A DNA stretch of 64,000 bases from Candidatus Methanomethylophilaceae archaeon (GTDB lineage: Archaea; Thermoplasmatota; Thermoplasmata; Methanomassiliicoccales; Methanomethylophilaceae): the NCBI GenBank assembly GCA_017935945.1, contig JAGBGN010000014.1, positions 1,913 to 65,912 of the forward strand, in the 5' to 3' direction. Positions 9,608 through 18,447 of this stretch are shown piece after piece. Positions within the stretch are counted from its first letter, which is position 1. Every line of letters starts with the position of its first letter. The position numbers were made by a program, and so were the translations under genes. Under the pieces are notes generated by a model. The model was not told where the DNA came from and searched no databases. It saw nothing but the letters and a program-made list of their open reading frames with translations.

Positions 9608-10347
9608 CAGAGCACCTCCTTGATCTCAAGTGCATCCTTGGGACAGTCGATAACACAGTTCCTGCAGCTGATGCACTTTACGTTGTCGATGACCGGACGG
9701 AGGATGGGCCTTCCTTTGTCGTTGACTCCCTTCTCGACCATCTCGATGGCGTTGACGGGACAGACTTTGGCGCACTTCTTACATCCGATACATTTCTTGT
9801 CGATGAGCTCGGGCCTGTCAAGGTCGAAGAGGGACACACGCCTCTCGGGGTTTCCGTTGGCGATATCGGAAGGCAGTGTGACCTCACACTTGACCTCCAT
9901 TCCCTCGGTCGTTCCCTCGTAGTGGAGCCTCCTGGGACCGTAGAGAAGGTCGTACCTGGAGTACTCTGCGAGCTCGTATTCGGGCGTGACGGTCATGGCG
10001 TCGACGGGACAGTACTCTGCGCAGTATCCGCACATTGCACACCTTCCCACGTTGACCTGGGGCCTCATAACGGCCTTGCCATTGTCGTCCTCGACCTCGA
10101 TGAGTTTGATACATGCGGTGGGGCATGCACGTACGCACATTCCGCAACCGACACATTTGTCGAACCTGAGTCCGGGACGTCCACGGTAGTTGTCGGGGAT
10201 CCACTCCTTCTCGTAGGGGTAGAGCACGGTGACGGGCCTGTGGAAGATGTTCTTGATGAACAGCTTGAGGACCACGATCGTGGGTTTCATGACCCAGAGA
10301 CTCTTGGCGAGGTTCTTCGGATATTTATCAAGATATCTAATTGCCAT
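9607..10347 (-). CDS. nuoI: subunit I with an additional C-terminal 2x[4Fe-4S] ferredoxin domain
   Basis: Four CxxCxxCxxxCP motifs: CVGCGMCVRACP, CAMCGYCAEYCP, CIGCKKCAKVCP and CISCRNCVIDCP. Start MAIRYLDKYP at 10347 overlaps the nuoH stop. 246 aa. Confidence 0.85.
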   Translation of the reverse strand: MAIRYLDKYPKNLAKSLWVMKPTIVVLKLFIKNIFHRPVTVLYPYEKEWIPDNYRGRPGLRFDKCVGCGMCVRACPTACIKLIEVEDDNGKAVMRPQVNVGRCAMCGYCAEYCPVDAMTVTPEYELAEYSRYDLLYGPRRLHYEGTTEGMEVKCEVTLPSDIANGNPERRVSLFDLDRPELIDKKCIGCKKCAKVCPVNAIEMVEKGVNDKGRPILRPVIDNVKCISCRNCVIDCPKDALEIKEVL

Positions 10348-11507
10348 CAGATGACACCTCCAGTCATGAGGAGCAAGACGATGACCAGGTTGAACACGGA
10401 CAGAGGCATGAATACCTTCCATCCGAGGTTGAGGATCTGATCAGTCCTGACACGACCAGTTGCGGCCCTGATGAGACTCATGAAGAAGAACACGACATAT
10501 GCCTTGAGCAGGAACACGATCTCAGGGATAGGTCCATCGCCGATGAAGGGCAGGGTCCATCCACCGAGGTAGAGGATGACGAACATGGAACAGGAGACGG
10601 ATCCCCTCATGTAGTCAGCCAGCATGACAAGTCCCCACTTCATTCCAGCGTACTCGGTCTGCCATCCCTCGACCAGCTCGGCCTCTGCCTCTGCGATATC
10701 GAAGGGAACACGCTCTGCCTCTGCGACTGCGCAGGTGAAGAATGTGATTGCACCGAGGATCTGGGGAACGATGTACCAGACGCTGTCTGCCTGTGCGTAG
10801 ACAATGTCGTTGATGTTGAAACTTCCAGCCATGAGTGCGGTGGTACAGATGAGGATCAGCATAGGGACCTCGTAAGAGATCATCAGCTCTGCAGCCCTCA
10901 TTCCACCGATCAGGGAGTACTTGTTGTTCTGTGCCCATCCGGAAACCAGGATGAAGAAGGGTGCCAGAGCGAAGAACGCCATGATGATCAACAGACCGGT
11001 GTCGTAATCGACGACGAACCACCTGCTGGACAGGGGCACCATACACAGGACGAGAACGGAAACTCCGATGACGAGGGAGACGGTCCACATGTAGGTCATC
11101 TTGTCGACCTTAGCGGGGACAACGTTCTCCTTCTGGAAGGTCTTGAGACCGTCCGCGACACACTGGAGGAATCCTTTCATTCCGACCATTGTTCCCCTTC
11201 TGTCCATCATCCTTCCGAGGCACTTACGCTCCTCCCACAGAACTATGAGAGTACTGACGAATGCCACCAGGAAGATGAGCAGCATGAAGACGACGAGTGC
11301 CAGCAGGGTGCTGACTGCGTCGCACATGAGCCATGTGGATACAGAGTTACCAGGGAATATGAGGTCGATGAGCCAGGCGATCGTACCACCGAGGATCTCC
11401 CACAGCTGGTAACCGATGTCGAACGGCAGGTTGTAGCTGTCGAAGGGGTAGTATGCGTTTGCCATGGGGTCAGATCCGAAATTGATCCAATCGAGTAATT
11501 CTCCCAT
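10347..11507 (-). CDS. nuoH: Fpo/Nuo-type complex I-like subunit H
   Basis: Polytopic protein with NuoH-like blocks (ERKCLGRMMDRRG, AEAEAELVEGWQTEYAGMKW). Confidence 0.9.
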   Translation of the reverse strand: MGELLDWINFGSDPMANAYYPFDSYNLPFDIGYQLWEILGGTIAWLIDLIFPGNSVSTWLMCDAVSTLLALVVFMLLIFLVAFVSTLIVLWEERKCLGRMMDRRGTMVGMKGFLQCVADGLKTFQKENVVPAKVDKMTYMWTVSLVIGVSVLVLCMVPLSSRWFVVDYDTGLLIIMAFFALAPFFILVSGWAQNNKYSLIGGMRAAELMISYEVPMLILICTTALMAGSFNINDIVYAQADSVWYIVPQILGAITFFTCAVAEAERVPFDIAEAEAELVEGWQTEYAGMKWGLVMLADYMRGSVSCSMFVILYLGGWTLPFIGDGPIPEIVFLLKAYVVFFFMSLIRAATGRVRTDQILNLGWKVFMPLSVFNLVIVLLLMTGGVI

Positions 11508-11513
11508 GCCTAA

Positions 11514-12656
11514 TCACCTGTCAGTCTCTCCGAGACACATATCGATCTGAGCGAGAACTGCAGGAACATCTGCGATCCTCACTCCGACGGACTGGAGTCT
11601 TGCGGAGGATACGTTCGTGAAGATCGGACTGCGGACCTTAAGCCTGTAGGGCCTGTCGGTTCCATCTGCCACGAGGTACATCAGGGACTCTCCACGGGGA
11701 TCCTCGAGCCTGGCGAATGCAGTGCCTGCGGGAACCTTGGAGGGGGTCTTGACCCTGTAGGGAGCGTTCTTTCCGAGTGCCTTGATCTTTGCGACACCCT
11801 GCCTGATGATCTCACAGGACTGGAACATCTCCTCGATACGGATCATGTACCTGGAGTAGGAGTCTCCGGCCTTGAGGACGGGGACCTCGAAGTCGACCTT
11901 GTCATAGTTGTCATAGGGATCGTCACGGCGGATATCGAAGTCCACACCGCAACCCCTCATTGCGGGTCCGGTGAGTCCGATGTTCGCTGCGGTCTCGCGG
12001 TTGATGAAACTGATTCCCTTCATCCTGGAGACGAAAATGGAAGAGTCATCGATGAGCGCGATGATGTCCCACAGGGCCTTCTCGAAACGATCGACTGCCC
12101 TGAGGATGTCCCTGTCGAAGAGTTCGGTTGTGTCGTTCCTGACACCACCGATACGGGGGTAGTTGGTTGTCATCCTGGCTCCGCAGAGCTTGACGTTCAG
12201 GTCGAGGAAGAACTCCCTCTCCCTCATAGACCACAGGAAGACGGTGTAGCTACCGAGATCGGTTCCGACTGCGGCGAGCCACATGAGGTGAGACTGGATA
12301 CGGCAGACCTCGTCTGCGACCATCCTGATGTACTTGGCTTTCTCGGGAATATCGATTCCGAGTGCCTTCTCCACTGTCATACAGTAAAGGTGGGTGTATG
12401 TCATGGATGCACAGTAGCAGAGACGGTCGGCCATGGGGATGATCTTGGGGTACTCCCTGGACTCGGTCTCCTTCTCCCAACCACGGTGAAGGTATCCGAC
12501 GATGGGTTCAGCATCTGTGACGATCTCTCCGTCGAGCTGGACTTTGAGGGTCCAGAGACCGTGAGAGAAGGGGTGCTGGGGACCCATGATGACCCACATC
12601 TTGTCTGTGTCCATCTTCTCTTCTATTTCTTTAACGGGTACTATAGAGTCACTCAT
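11514..12656 (-). CDS. nuoD: Fpo/Nuo-type complex I-like subunit D
   Basis: NuoD-type N-terminus MGPQHPFSHG. 380 aa. No NiFe-hydrogenase Cys pairs are evident. Confidence 0.9.
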   Translation of the reverse strand: MSDSIVPVKEIEEKMDTDKMWVIMGPQHPFSHGLWTLKVQLDGEIVTDAEPIVGYLHRGWEKETESREYPKIIPMADRLCYCASMTYTHLYCMTVEKALGIDIPEKAKYIRMVADEVCRIQSHLMWLAAVGTDLGSYTVFLWSMREREFFLDLNVKLCGARMTTNYPRIGGVRNDTTELFDRDILRAVDRFEKALWDIIALIDDSSIFVSRMKGISFINRETAANIGLTGPAMRGCGVDFDIRRDDPYDNYDKVDFEVPVLKAGDSYSRYMIRIEEMFQSCEIIRQGVAKIKALGKNAPYRVKTPSKVPAGTAFARLEDPRGESLMYLVADGTDRPYRLKVRSPIFTNVSSARLQSVGVRIADVPAVLAQIDMCLGETDR

Positions 12657-13127
12657 TCATTCGGACCCCCTGAGTTTGTATGATTTCCTGAAGGGGAAGA
12701 ACTCGTATGTCTTAGGCGTGAGGAGCCTCTCAAGCTTGGGGTGGTTGTCGAACACAATACCGAAAAGCTCCCAGGTCTCCCTCTCGTGCCAGTTCGCACC
12801 CTCCCAGATGGAGGTAACGGACTCGACGTGGAGATCATCCACGGGCACGTCGACGACGAGCTCGATCATCACACCGTTGTAGTAGTTGGACAGATGGTAC
12901 ACGACAGACATGTGATCCACGTAATCGACTCCGAGCAGGGTTGTGCAGTGCTCGAAGGTCAGGTTGTCGTGAATGTATGTGCACACAGCGAAGATGTCCT
13001 CGCGGGGGACGGTTGCGTACACCCTGCGAGTCTCGGTCTTGGTGACTTTGACGGAAGCGAACTTCGCGGGGAGGATTGAAGCAATCTCCTCCACGGTAGG
13101 GGTCTGATAAACTGCATCTGCGTCCAT
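12657..13127 (-). CDS. nuoC: Fpo/Nuo-type complex I-like subunit C
   Basis: 156 aa from ATG 13127, with the NuoC block WEGANWHERETWELFGIVFDNHP. The longer ORF to 13400 overlaps nuoB and is rejected. Confidence 0.85.
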   Translation of the reverse strand: MDADAVYQTPTVEEIASILPAKFASVKVTKTETRRVYATVPREDIFAVCTYIHDNLTFEHCTTLLGVDYVDHMSVVYHLSNYYNGVMIELVVDVPVDDLHVESVTSIWEGANWHERETWELFGIVFDNHPKLERLLTPKTYEFFPFRKSYKLRGSE

Positions 13128-13129
13128 CT

Positions 13130-13693
13130 TCAGTCCTCCATGAAGGTTCCTCTCTGGAAGTAGTGCTCGATCTTCTTCTGGAGCAGCATGAATCCATCGA
13201 TCATAGCATCGGGACGTGCGGGACATCCGGGGATGTAGATATCGACGGGCATAATCTGGTCGAGTCCCTGAACACAGTTGTAGGAATCGTACCAGGGTCC
13301 TCCGGAGATGGCGCACTCTCCCATGGCAACAACCCACTTGGGGTTGGGGATCTGCTCGTAGAGACGCCTGAGGTCGGGACGGATTTTCTTGGAGATCCAA
13401 CCGTTGACCAGGAGGATATCTGTCTGCCTGGGCGAGGAACGGTAGATCATTCCGTAACGCTCAGCATCGTACCTGGGTGCGGAGGCGGCTGCCATCTCGA
13501 GAGCACAGCATGCGAGTCCCCAGTGGAGGGGGTGCATGGAGTTCTTCATTGCCCAAGTCCAGATAGGTCCCGTGAGAGAATCGATGGTCTTCTTGGTTCC
13601 AGAGCTGAGGAGGTCGTTGATCATGGCGTTGGACCACGTCATGAACTCGTCAGCACTCATTGCAACAGCATGGGGGTATAGGCTCATATCCAT
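13130..13693 (-). CDS. nuoB: Fpo/Nuo-type complex I-like subunit B
   Basis: N2-cluster motifs are present: GLACCALEM, GECAISGGP and IPGCPARP. ATG 13693 is preceded by GGAGG at 7 nt. An alternative ATG is at 13687. Confidence 0.9.
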   Translation of the reverse strand: MDMSLYPHAVAMSADEFMTWSNAMINDLLSSGTKKTIDSLTGPIWTWAMKNSMHPLHWGLACCALEMAAASAPRYDAERYGMIYRSSPRQTDILLVNGWISKKIRPDLRRLYEQIPNPKWVVAMGECAISGGPWYDSYNCVQGLDQIMPVDIYIPGCPARPDAMIDGFMLLQKKIEHYFQRGTFMED

Positions 13694-14046
13694 ACGGTTT
13701 CCTCCTTTTTCAGGGCATAAACGACCCCGAGAATAAGAATGCCAAAGAATACGAGCATCATCAGCTGGGCGGTCATGGAAAGACCAGAGAACGCCACAGC
13801 CCAGATCATCAAGAATGTCGCGACCAGATCGAATACCACGAAAATCAACGCGAATGCGTAGTACTGGAATCTGAACTGGACGTGAGCTTCTCCAATAGGC
13901 TCTGAACCACACTCATAGGTTGTTTCCATCCACTGAGTAGGTTTCTTGGGCCTAATGAACCTCGATGCCCACCATGCCAAGGGGGCGAAACCGAGAGCTA
14001 ATACGCTCACGATAGCCAATGGCATGTAGTACACAACTAGTGACAT
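13684..14046 (-). CDS. nuoA: Fpo/Nuo-type complex I-like subunit A
   Basis: NuoA blocks YECGSEPIG and FALIFVVFD. The start is uncertain (ATG 14046, ATG 14085 or GTG 14088). Confidence 0.8.
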   Translation of the reverse strand: MSLVVYYMPLAIVSVLALGFAPLAWWASRFIRPKKPTQWMETTYECGSEPIGEAHVQFRFQYYAFALIFVVFDLVATFLMIWAVAFSGLSMTAQLMMLVFFGILILGVVYALKKEETVWI

Positions 14047-14120
14047 TGGTGGCTGGCAGGAAGTTGGGGTACATAAAGGTTCCATCACGCGTATAAGTAT
14101 AGAGTAGGGAACCTGAGTCT

Positions 14121-14133
14121 ACGCGTATTTATA
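14121..14133 (+). promoter_or_regulatory. TATA box (ACGCG-TATTTATA) for proC; likely leaderless or short-leader transcript
   Basis: TATTTATA at 14126..14133 lies about 22 nt before ATG 14155. A second TATA-like element (14092..14103) faces nuoA. Confidence 0.4.
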
Positions 14134-14154
14134 CCCTGCCACTGATTGCCCAGC

Positions 14155-14964
14155 ATGGAGAGAAAAACCATCGGTTTTATCGGTGCCGGAAAAATGGCTG
14201 AAGCCCTGATCGGGGGACTGATCTCGAAAGGCGTCTTCGAAGCGGGGTCCATAATCGCCTGCGCACCTAGCGAGAAGACGAGAAATCATGTTGCTGGCAC
14301 ATATGGAATCGAGATGTTCGCCACAGCTGCAGAGGTCACCGCCCGCTCCGATCTTCTGGTGCTTGCGGTAAAACCCAAGCATGTCCTTGGCGTCCTCTCC
14401 GAGGAAGGTGTCGAAATCGGTGCCGGCAAGACCCTCATCAGCATAGTCGCCGGATTGACGATAGACGCCCTGAAATCAAATGTGCCAGACTGCAAAATTA
14501 TCAGGGTTATGCCCAACCATTGCTGCATGGTTCTGGAGGGTGCCATGGGTTATTCCTGCGACCCGTCGGTCGATGCTGAGACCGAGTTGAGCGTGCAGGA
14601 GATCCTGTCTGCCGTCGGCCTTGCGGTCAAGGTCGATGAGTCCTACATGGACGCCATCACGGGCGTCGCAGGAAGCTCTCCCGCATTCATGTACCTCGTC
14701 CTGGACGCCATGGCCAGCGCAGGTGTCCTCAACGGCCTCAGTTACAACGACTCGATCAGACTGGCCGCACAATCCATGCTTGGGGCCGCAAAGATGGTCC
14801 TCGAGACCGGCAAGCACCCTGACATCCTCAGGGACGAGGTCTGTTCGCCCGGAGGAACGACTATCGAGGGCGTCAGGACCATGGAGGACATGGGCGTACG
14901 CTCCGCTATGATCGCTGCCGTGGATGACACCATCAAGAAGTCCCGCAGGATGAGTGGGAACTGA
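14155..14964 (+). CDS. proC: pyrroline-5-carboxylate reductase
   Basis: N-terminal Rossmann motif IGFIGAGKMAEALIGG and the ProC C-terminal block (VCSPGGTTIEG). I prefer ATG 14155 over the TTG at 14146. Confidence 0.85.
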   Translation: MERKTIGFIGAGKMAEALIGGLISKGVFEAGSIIACAPSEKTRNHVAGTYGIEMFATAAEVTARSDLLVLAVKPKHVLGVLSEEGVEIGAGKTLISIVAGLTIDALKSNVPDCKIIRVMPNHCCMVLEGAMGYSCDPSVDAETELSVQEILSAVGLAVKVDESYMDAITGVAGSSPAFMYLVLDAMASAGVLNGLSYNDSIRLAAQSMLGAAKMVLETGKHPDILRDEVCSPGGTTIEGVRTMEDMGVRSAMIAAVDDTIKKSRRMSGN

Positions 14965-14982
14965 ACCTCTCTTGAAGGAAGG

Positions 14983-16722
14983 TCACTTCCTGAAAAACGA
15001 CTTCAACAGACCCATGGCGACACGGGGCGTGTTAGACCAGATGGATCCAGCGTCCCAGTCCAGGTCCTTCTTGTTGCAGACGGTGGAGTTCATCATACGG
15101 GTGCCCTCGTCCTTGGTCTCCCATAGGCGGGCATCCCTCTCCTCCGGATCCTTGATCTCCATTATCCTGTCGACCTTGTGCATCAGTTCGCGTGCGAACT
15201 CGGTCCTCTCGCAACGGTCCTTCCAGGTCTGTTCATCGATGCGTCCGGCACCGTGCTCACGGGTGGCCAGCTCTATGGCCGCGTCGTAGGATATCTCGGC
15301 GATGTCGTCGCGTGACATCCACTCGGTCTCGTAGGAGAGCACATGCTTCCACGAGGGATTGTCCAGAAGCTGACGGTGCTCCTCCAGGGTACGTGCCCTC
15401 AAACGGTATCCCCACTTCTCCGGCTCCTCGAAGATCCTGCTTCCAGGGTCGACGAAGGGCGCGAACGGGGCGTTGTATATGAACAGGTCGTCATCGCGAC
15501 CCACCAGTGACCAGAGCCTCTCCGAGGCCTTCGCACTCAGCATGGCGGACTCACGGTCCTGATAGGGCAATCCGTTCATGTAGAACAGATCGAACCTGTT
15601 GCACCCGTTCTCGAAGGCTGCTGGGAGGGTCTTCTCGATCGCCTCGTTGGTGTATCCCTTACCGAGGGCCAATCTGACCTTCTCATCGTGTGAATCGGGA
15701 GAGAACTCGATCGACCATCCTCCCTCGAAGGTCTTGTCGATTTTCTTGAAGTACTCAGGGGTGGCACCGTTGAACAGTTCGATGACCACGTGGTTCTTTA
15801 TGCGCCTCTCCTTGCATGCTGCCAGGAAACGGTCCGCGTAGTCCATGCTGTGCTGCCTCAGGTCACCGACGATGAACACGGGGGTGTCCAGATACGACTG
15901 TATTATGTCTATGTCCTCTGCGAGCTTCTCAGGACTCCTGTAGGCAGGTGCCTTCCTGCAGACCACCTTCCCGTTGGCATGATGGGATCCCCCGCATTCC
16001 GCACAGTTGATGGAACAACCCCTGACGGTGAATACCGATGTCAACGGAAGCTTGTCCCAACCATACCACGGAAGGGCGCCCTTGATGTCCATGTTGCGCA
16101 TCACGCACTTGATCATGGTACCGTAATCGAACTTGATCTCATCCAATGATTCGAGGGAGTACGTCAGACCGTTCTCATGGATGTGCCCGTCATCGTCTTT
16201 CCACGTGAGGTTCGGCACCTTGGAGAGATCCCCTCCCTTCTGAAGGGTCTCCATGAGCATGACCGTGGGGATCTCCGTAGTGTCCCCGCGCATGACCAGG
16301 TCTATCTCGGGACGCCTGATGAGCTCCTGGTGGAAATACGACGATGTCAGCCCGCCGAACTCCACTTTTGAGTTCGGATGGTACTTCTTCACTATCTTCG
16401 CAAGCTCTATGGCTCCATGGGCATGGGGCATCCAGTGAAGGTCGATCGCGAAGACATCCGCATCCAAGCTCCTGATTCTCTTCTCGACATCGAACTTGTC
16501 ACTGTCCAGCATCTGGACCGCTATGTTTGCAATGCGTGTCCTGAATCCAGCGGCCTCGAGATGCGAGGATATCGTCATGAAACCCACTGGATACATCTCG
16601 AACACAGGAGATGATGGGATGACATCACTGACCGGTCCGTAGAATATGGGTTTCTTACGGAAATCGTAGACACTGGGCGCGTGCATGAAGATAATGTCGT
16701 ATTTCAAAAAATCACTTTCCAA
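14983..16722 (-). CDS. B12-binding-domain-type radical SAM protein
   Basis: Rossmann-like N-terminal domain (DIIFMHAPSVYDF...) and a radical SAM CxxxCxxC motif (RGCSINCAECGG). 579 aa. TTG start overlaps the uppS stop by 11 nt. Confidence 0.75.
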   Translation of the reverse strand: MESDFLKYDIIFMHAPSVYDFRKKPIFYGPVSDVIPSSPVFEMYPVGFMTISSHLEAAGFRTRIANIAVQMLDSDKFDVEKRIRSLDADVFAIDLHWMPHAHGAIELAKIVKKYHPNSKVEFGGLTSSYFHQELIRRPEIDLVMRGDTTEIPTVMLMETLQKGGDLSKVPNLTWKDDDGHIHENGLTYSLESLDEIKFDYGTMIKCVMRNMDIKGALPWYGWDKLPLTSVFTVRGCSINCAECGGSHHANGKVVCRKAPAYRSPEKLAEDIDIIQSYLDTPVFIVGDLRQHSMDYADRFLAACKERRIKNHVVIELFNGATPEYFKKIDKTFEGGWSIEFSPDSHDEKVRLALGKGYTNEAIEKTLPAAFENGCNRFDLFYMNGLPYQDRESAMLSAKASERLWSLVGRDDDLFIYNAPFAPFVDPGSRIFEEPEKWGYRLRARTLEEHRQLLDNPSWKHVLSYETEWMSRDDIAEISYDAAIELATREHGAGRIDEQTWKDRCERTEFARELMHKVDRIMEIKDPEERDARLWETKDEGTRMMNSTVCNKKDLDWDAGSIWSNTPRVAMGLLKSFFRK

Positions 16723-17491
16723 AACGCCTTTTACGCTGTTGATATGTCCTTATGGCCCTCAGCAGGTCGATGTACCTGAAACCCGGCCAGTACACATCGG
16801 TGAAATACAATTCGGAATAGGCCATCTGCCAGAGGAGGAAGTTCGACAACCTCAGTTCACCGGAGGTGCGGAGGATCAGATCCGGATCCGGCAGACCGCC
16901 GGTGGACATGTAACGTGCGACAGTGCACTCATCTATGTCGTCCAAGGACATCCTCCCCTCAGCGACATCCTGTGCTATACTGCGGACGGCCTGTGTTATG
17001 TCCTGCCTCCCGCCATAAGCGATGGCCATGTTCAGGGTGTAATCCTCATATCCCTTGGTCTTCCCCTCTGCATAACGTATGGCCTCCACCACCTGATCGG
17101 GAAGCATGTCCAGATCGCCGATGACGCGTATACCCACCTTCTTCTCGTGTATCCTGGAATCATCCGCGAAGGAATAGAGTGACTGCTCGAGCAACTCCAT
17201 GAGGTAATCGACCTCATGCTTCTCACGGTTGAAGTTCTCGGTGGAGAAGGCGTAGAACGTCAGCACCCTGATGTTCAGATCGAGGCACCAGTGCAGGACC
17301 TGTTCGAGTTTCTCCCTTCCGAGTCTGTGACCCTCCATCGGGTCATCCTTCAGGACCTCCTCCGCATACCTGCGGTTCCCATCCATTATGAACGCCAGAT
17401 GATTCGGGATGACCCCGGCACGGACCTCTCGGTCTATCTTGGATTCATAAGCGGAATACGCATGATCGGTCAGTATACGTGGGACCTCCAT
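16712..17491 (-). CDS. uppS: cis-prenyltransferase (undecaprenyl/dolichyl diphosphate synthase, UppS family)
   Basis: Signature HLAFIMDGNRRYA and C-terminal RLSNFLLWQ..YSE. Start ATG 17491 (MEVPRIL) lies just after the upstream stop. Confidence 0.85.
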   Translation of the reverse strand: MEVPRILTDHAYSAYESKIDREVRAGVIPNHLAFIMDGNRRYAEEVLKDDPMEGHRLGREKLEQVLHWCLDLNIRVLTFYAFSTENFNREKHEVDYLMELLEQSLYSFADDSRIHEKKVGIRVIGDLDMLPDQVVEAIRYAEGKTKGYEDYTLNMAIAYGGRQDITQAVRSIAQDVAEGRMSLDDIDECTVARYMSTGGLPDPDLILRTSGELRLSNFLLWQMAYSELYFTDVYWPGFRYIDLLRAIRTYQQRKRRFGK

Positions 17492-17495
17492 CTGA

Positions 17496-18446
17496 TCACT
17501 CGAAATCCTCGGGAATTCCCGCTGCCTTCTCGCCCAGGTCGAAACAACCGATGGCTGCGACAGCACCGATGACGCCGCCCATTCCGGTGACGCTTATGAT
17601 CTGCACACCGTTCTCCTCGGCGACGCGTATGGCATCCTCGGGTTTGTAGAGGACGCTCTTGCAGCTCCAACCGAATTCCCTGAGGGCATCGGGGATGCGC
17701 AGTCCCTGGAAGACCGTGACGACCGTATCATCCGAGAACGTCTCTCCCTTGACGAAGTCGACCACGTACTCTATGAGCTTGGGGACTTCTTCCTCCCTGA
17801 CGGCGAACGACACTGCAGTGGAACAGCAGTTGGTGGTCTTGTTGGGCGCTTTCGGATTGAGCTGGACGATCTTGTGCTCGATGAACCTGCCGATAGGGCA
17901 TTCAAGACCGAGCTTCATGGATGTCACCCAAGATGCACCCTTCTCTTTGGTGTCGGTGTCGTCGACCCCGACGATGACACGGACCATCTTGGGGGTGATT
18001 ATATCGACGTTCGCCCTGAAGGCACCGCCCATCTTGAAATCGTCCGGATACTCGGTGCGGATAACATCCCTGCACTGGGGTATGCAGGCACCGATGCCCA
18101 CGGATGCGCCGGCTATGCCGTACCATGTGGTGCGGACCTCGTCTCCCTCGACCTTGAGGGACTTGATGCCCTGTCCGCCTACATCCTCGGAGACGGGCCC
18201 GAAGTTCAGCTCCCTCTCACCGATAACCGTGTCCATGACAATCATGTCGGAACTCATGCGGATGCAGTCGATGACCCCGCCGGTACGCCTGCGGTTGACC
18301 ACGTCCCATTCCGCAGGGCCCTGGGATGAGCACCTCTCGACGATCTGTGCGATGCCGTTCTCCTCGTCAACGAGCGTGAGGAAGCTCTTGCAGAACATCC
18401 TGCTGTATTTCCCCTCGACCTCCTCGGGGGTCAGTATCTGCACCAT
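17496..18446 (-). CDS. protein with C-terminal TiaS kinase-domain (TCKD)-like region and unknown N-terminal domain
   Basis: The C-terminal half (VIVGVDDTDTKEKGASW...LNPKAPNKT...AVSFAV...GMGGVIGAVAAIG) parallels the N-terminal domain of tRNA(Ile2) agmatidine synthetase TiaS (GIDDTDS...LNP..P.KT...AVSF...GRGLIGALAAVG). I did not recognise the first ~150 aa. Confidence 0.55.
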   Translation of the reverse strand: MVQILTPEEVEGKYSRMFCKSFLTLVDEENGIAQIVERCSSQGPAEWDVVNRRRTGGVIDCIRMSSDMIVMDTVIGERELNFGPVSEDVGGQGIKSLKVEGDEVRTTWYGIAGASVGIGACIPQCRDVIRTEYPDDFKMGGAFRANVDIITPKMVRVIVGVDDTDTKEKGASWVTSMKLGLECPIGRFIEHKIVQLNPKAPNKTTNCCSTAVSFAVREEEVPKLIEYVVDFVKGETFSDDTVVTVFQGLRIPDALREFGWSCKSVLYKPEDAIRVAEENGVQIISVTGMGGVIGAVAAIGCFDLGEKAAGIPEDFE

Positions 18447-18447
18447 C

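Noticed and set aside
13128-13912. Long N-terminal extensions of ORFs 12657..13400 and 13130..13912.
   Set aside because: The NuoC and NuoB homology starts at internal ATGs (13127 and 13693). The extensions overlap the upstream subunit genes in other frames.
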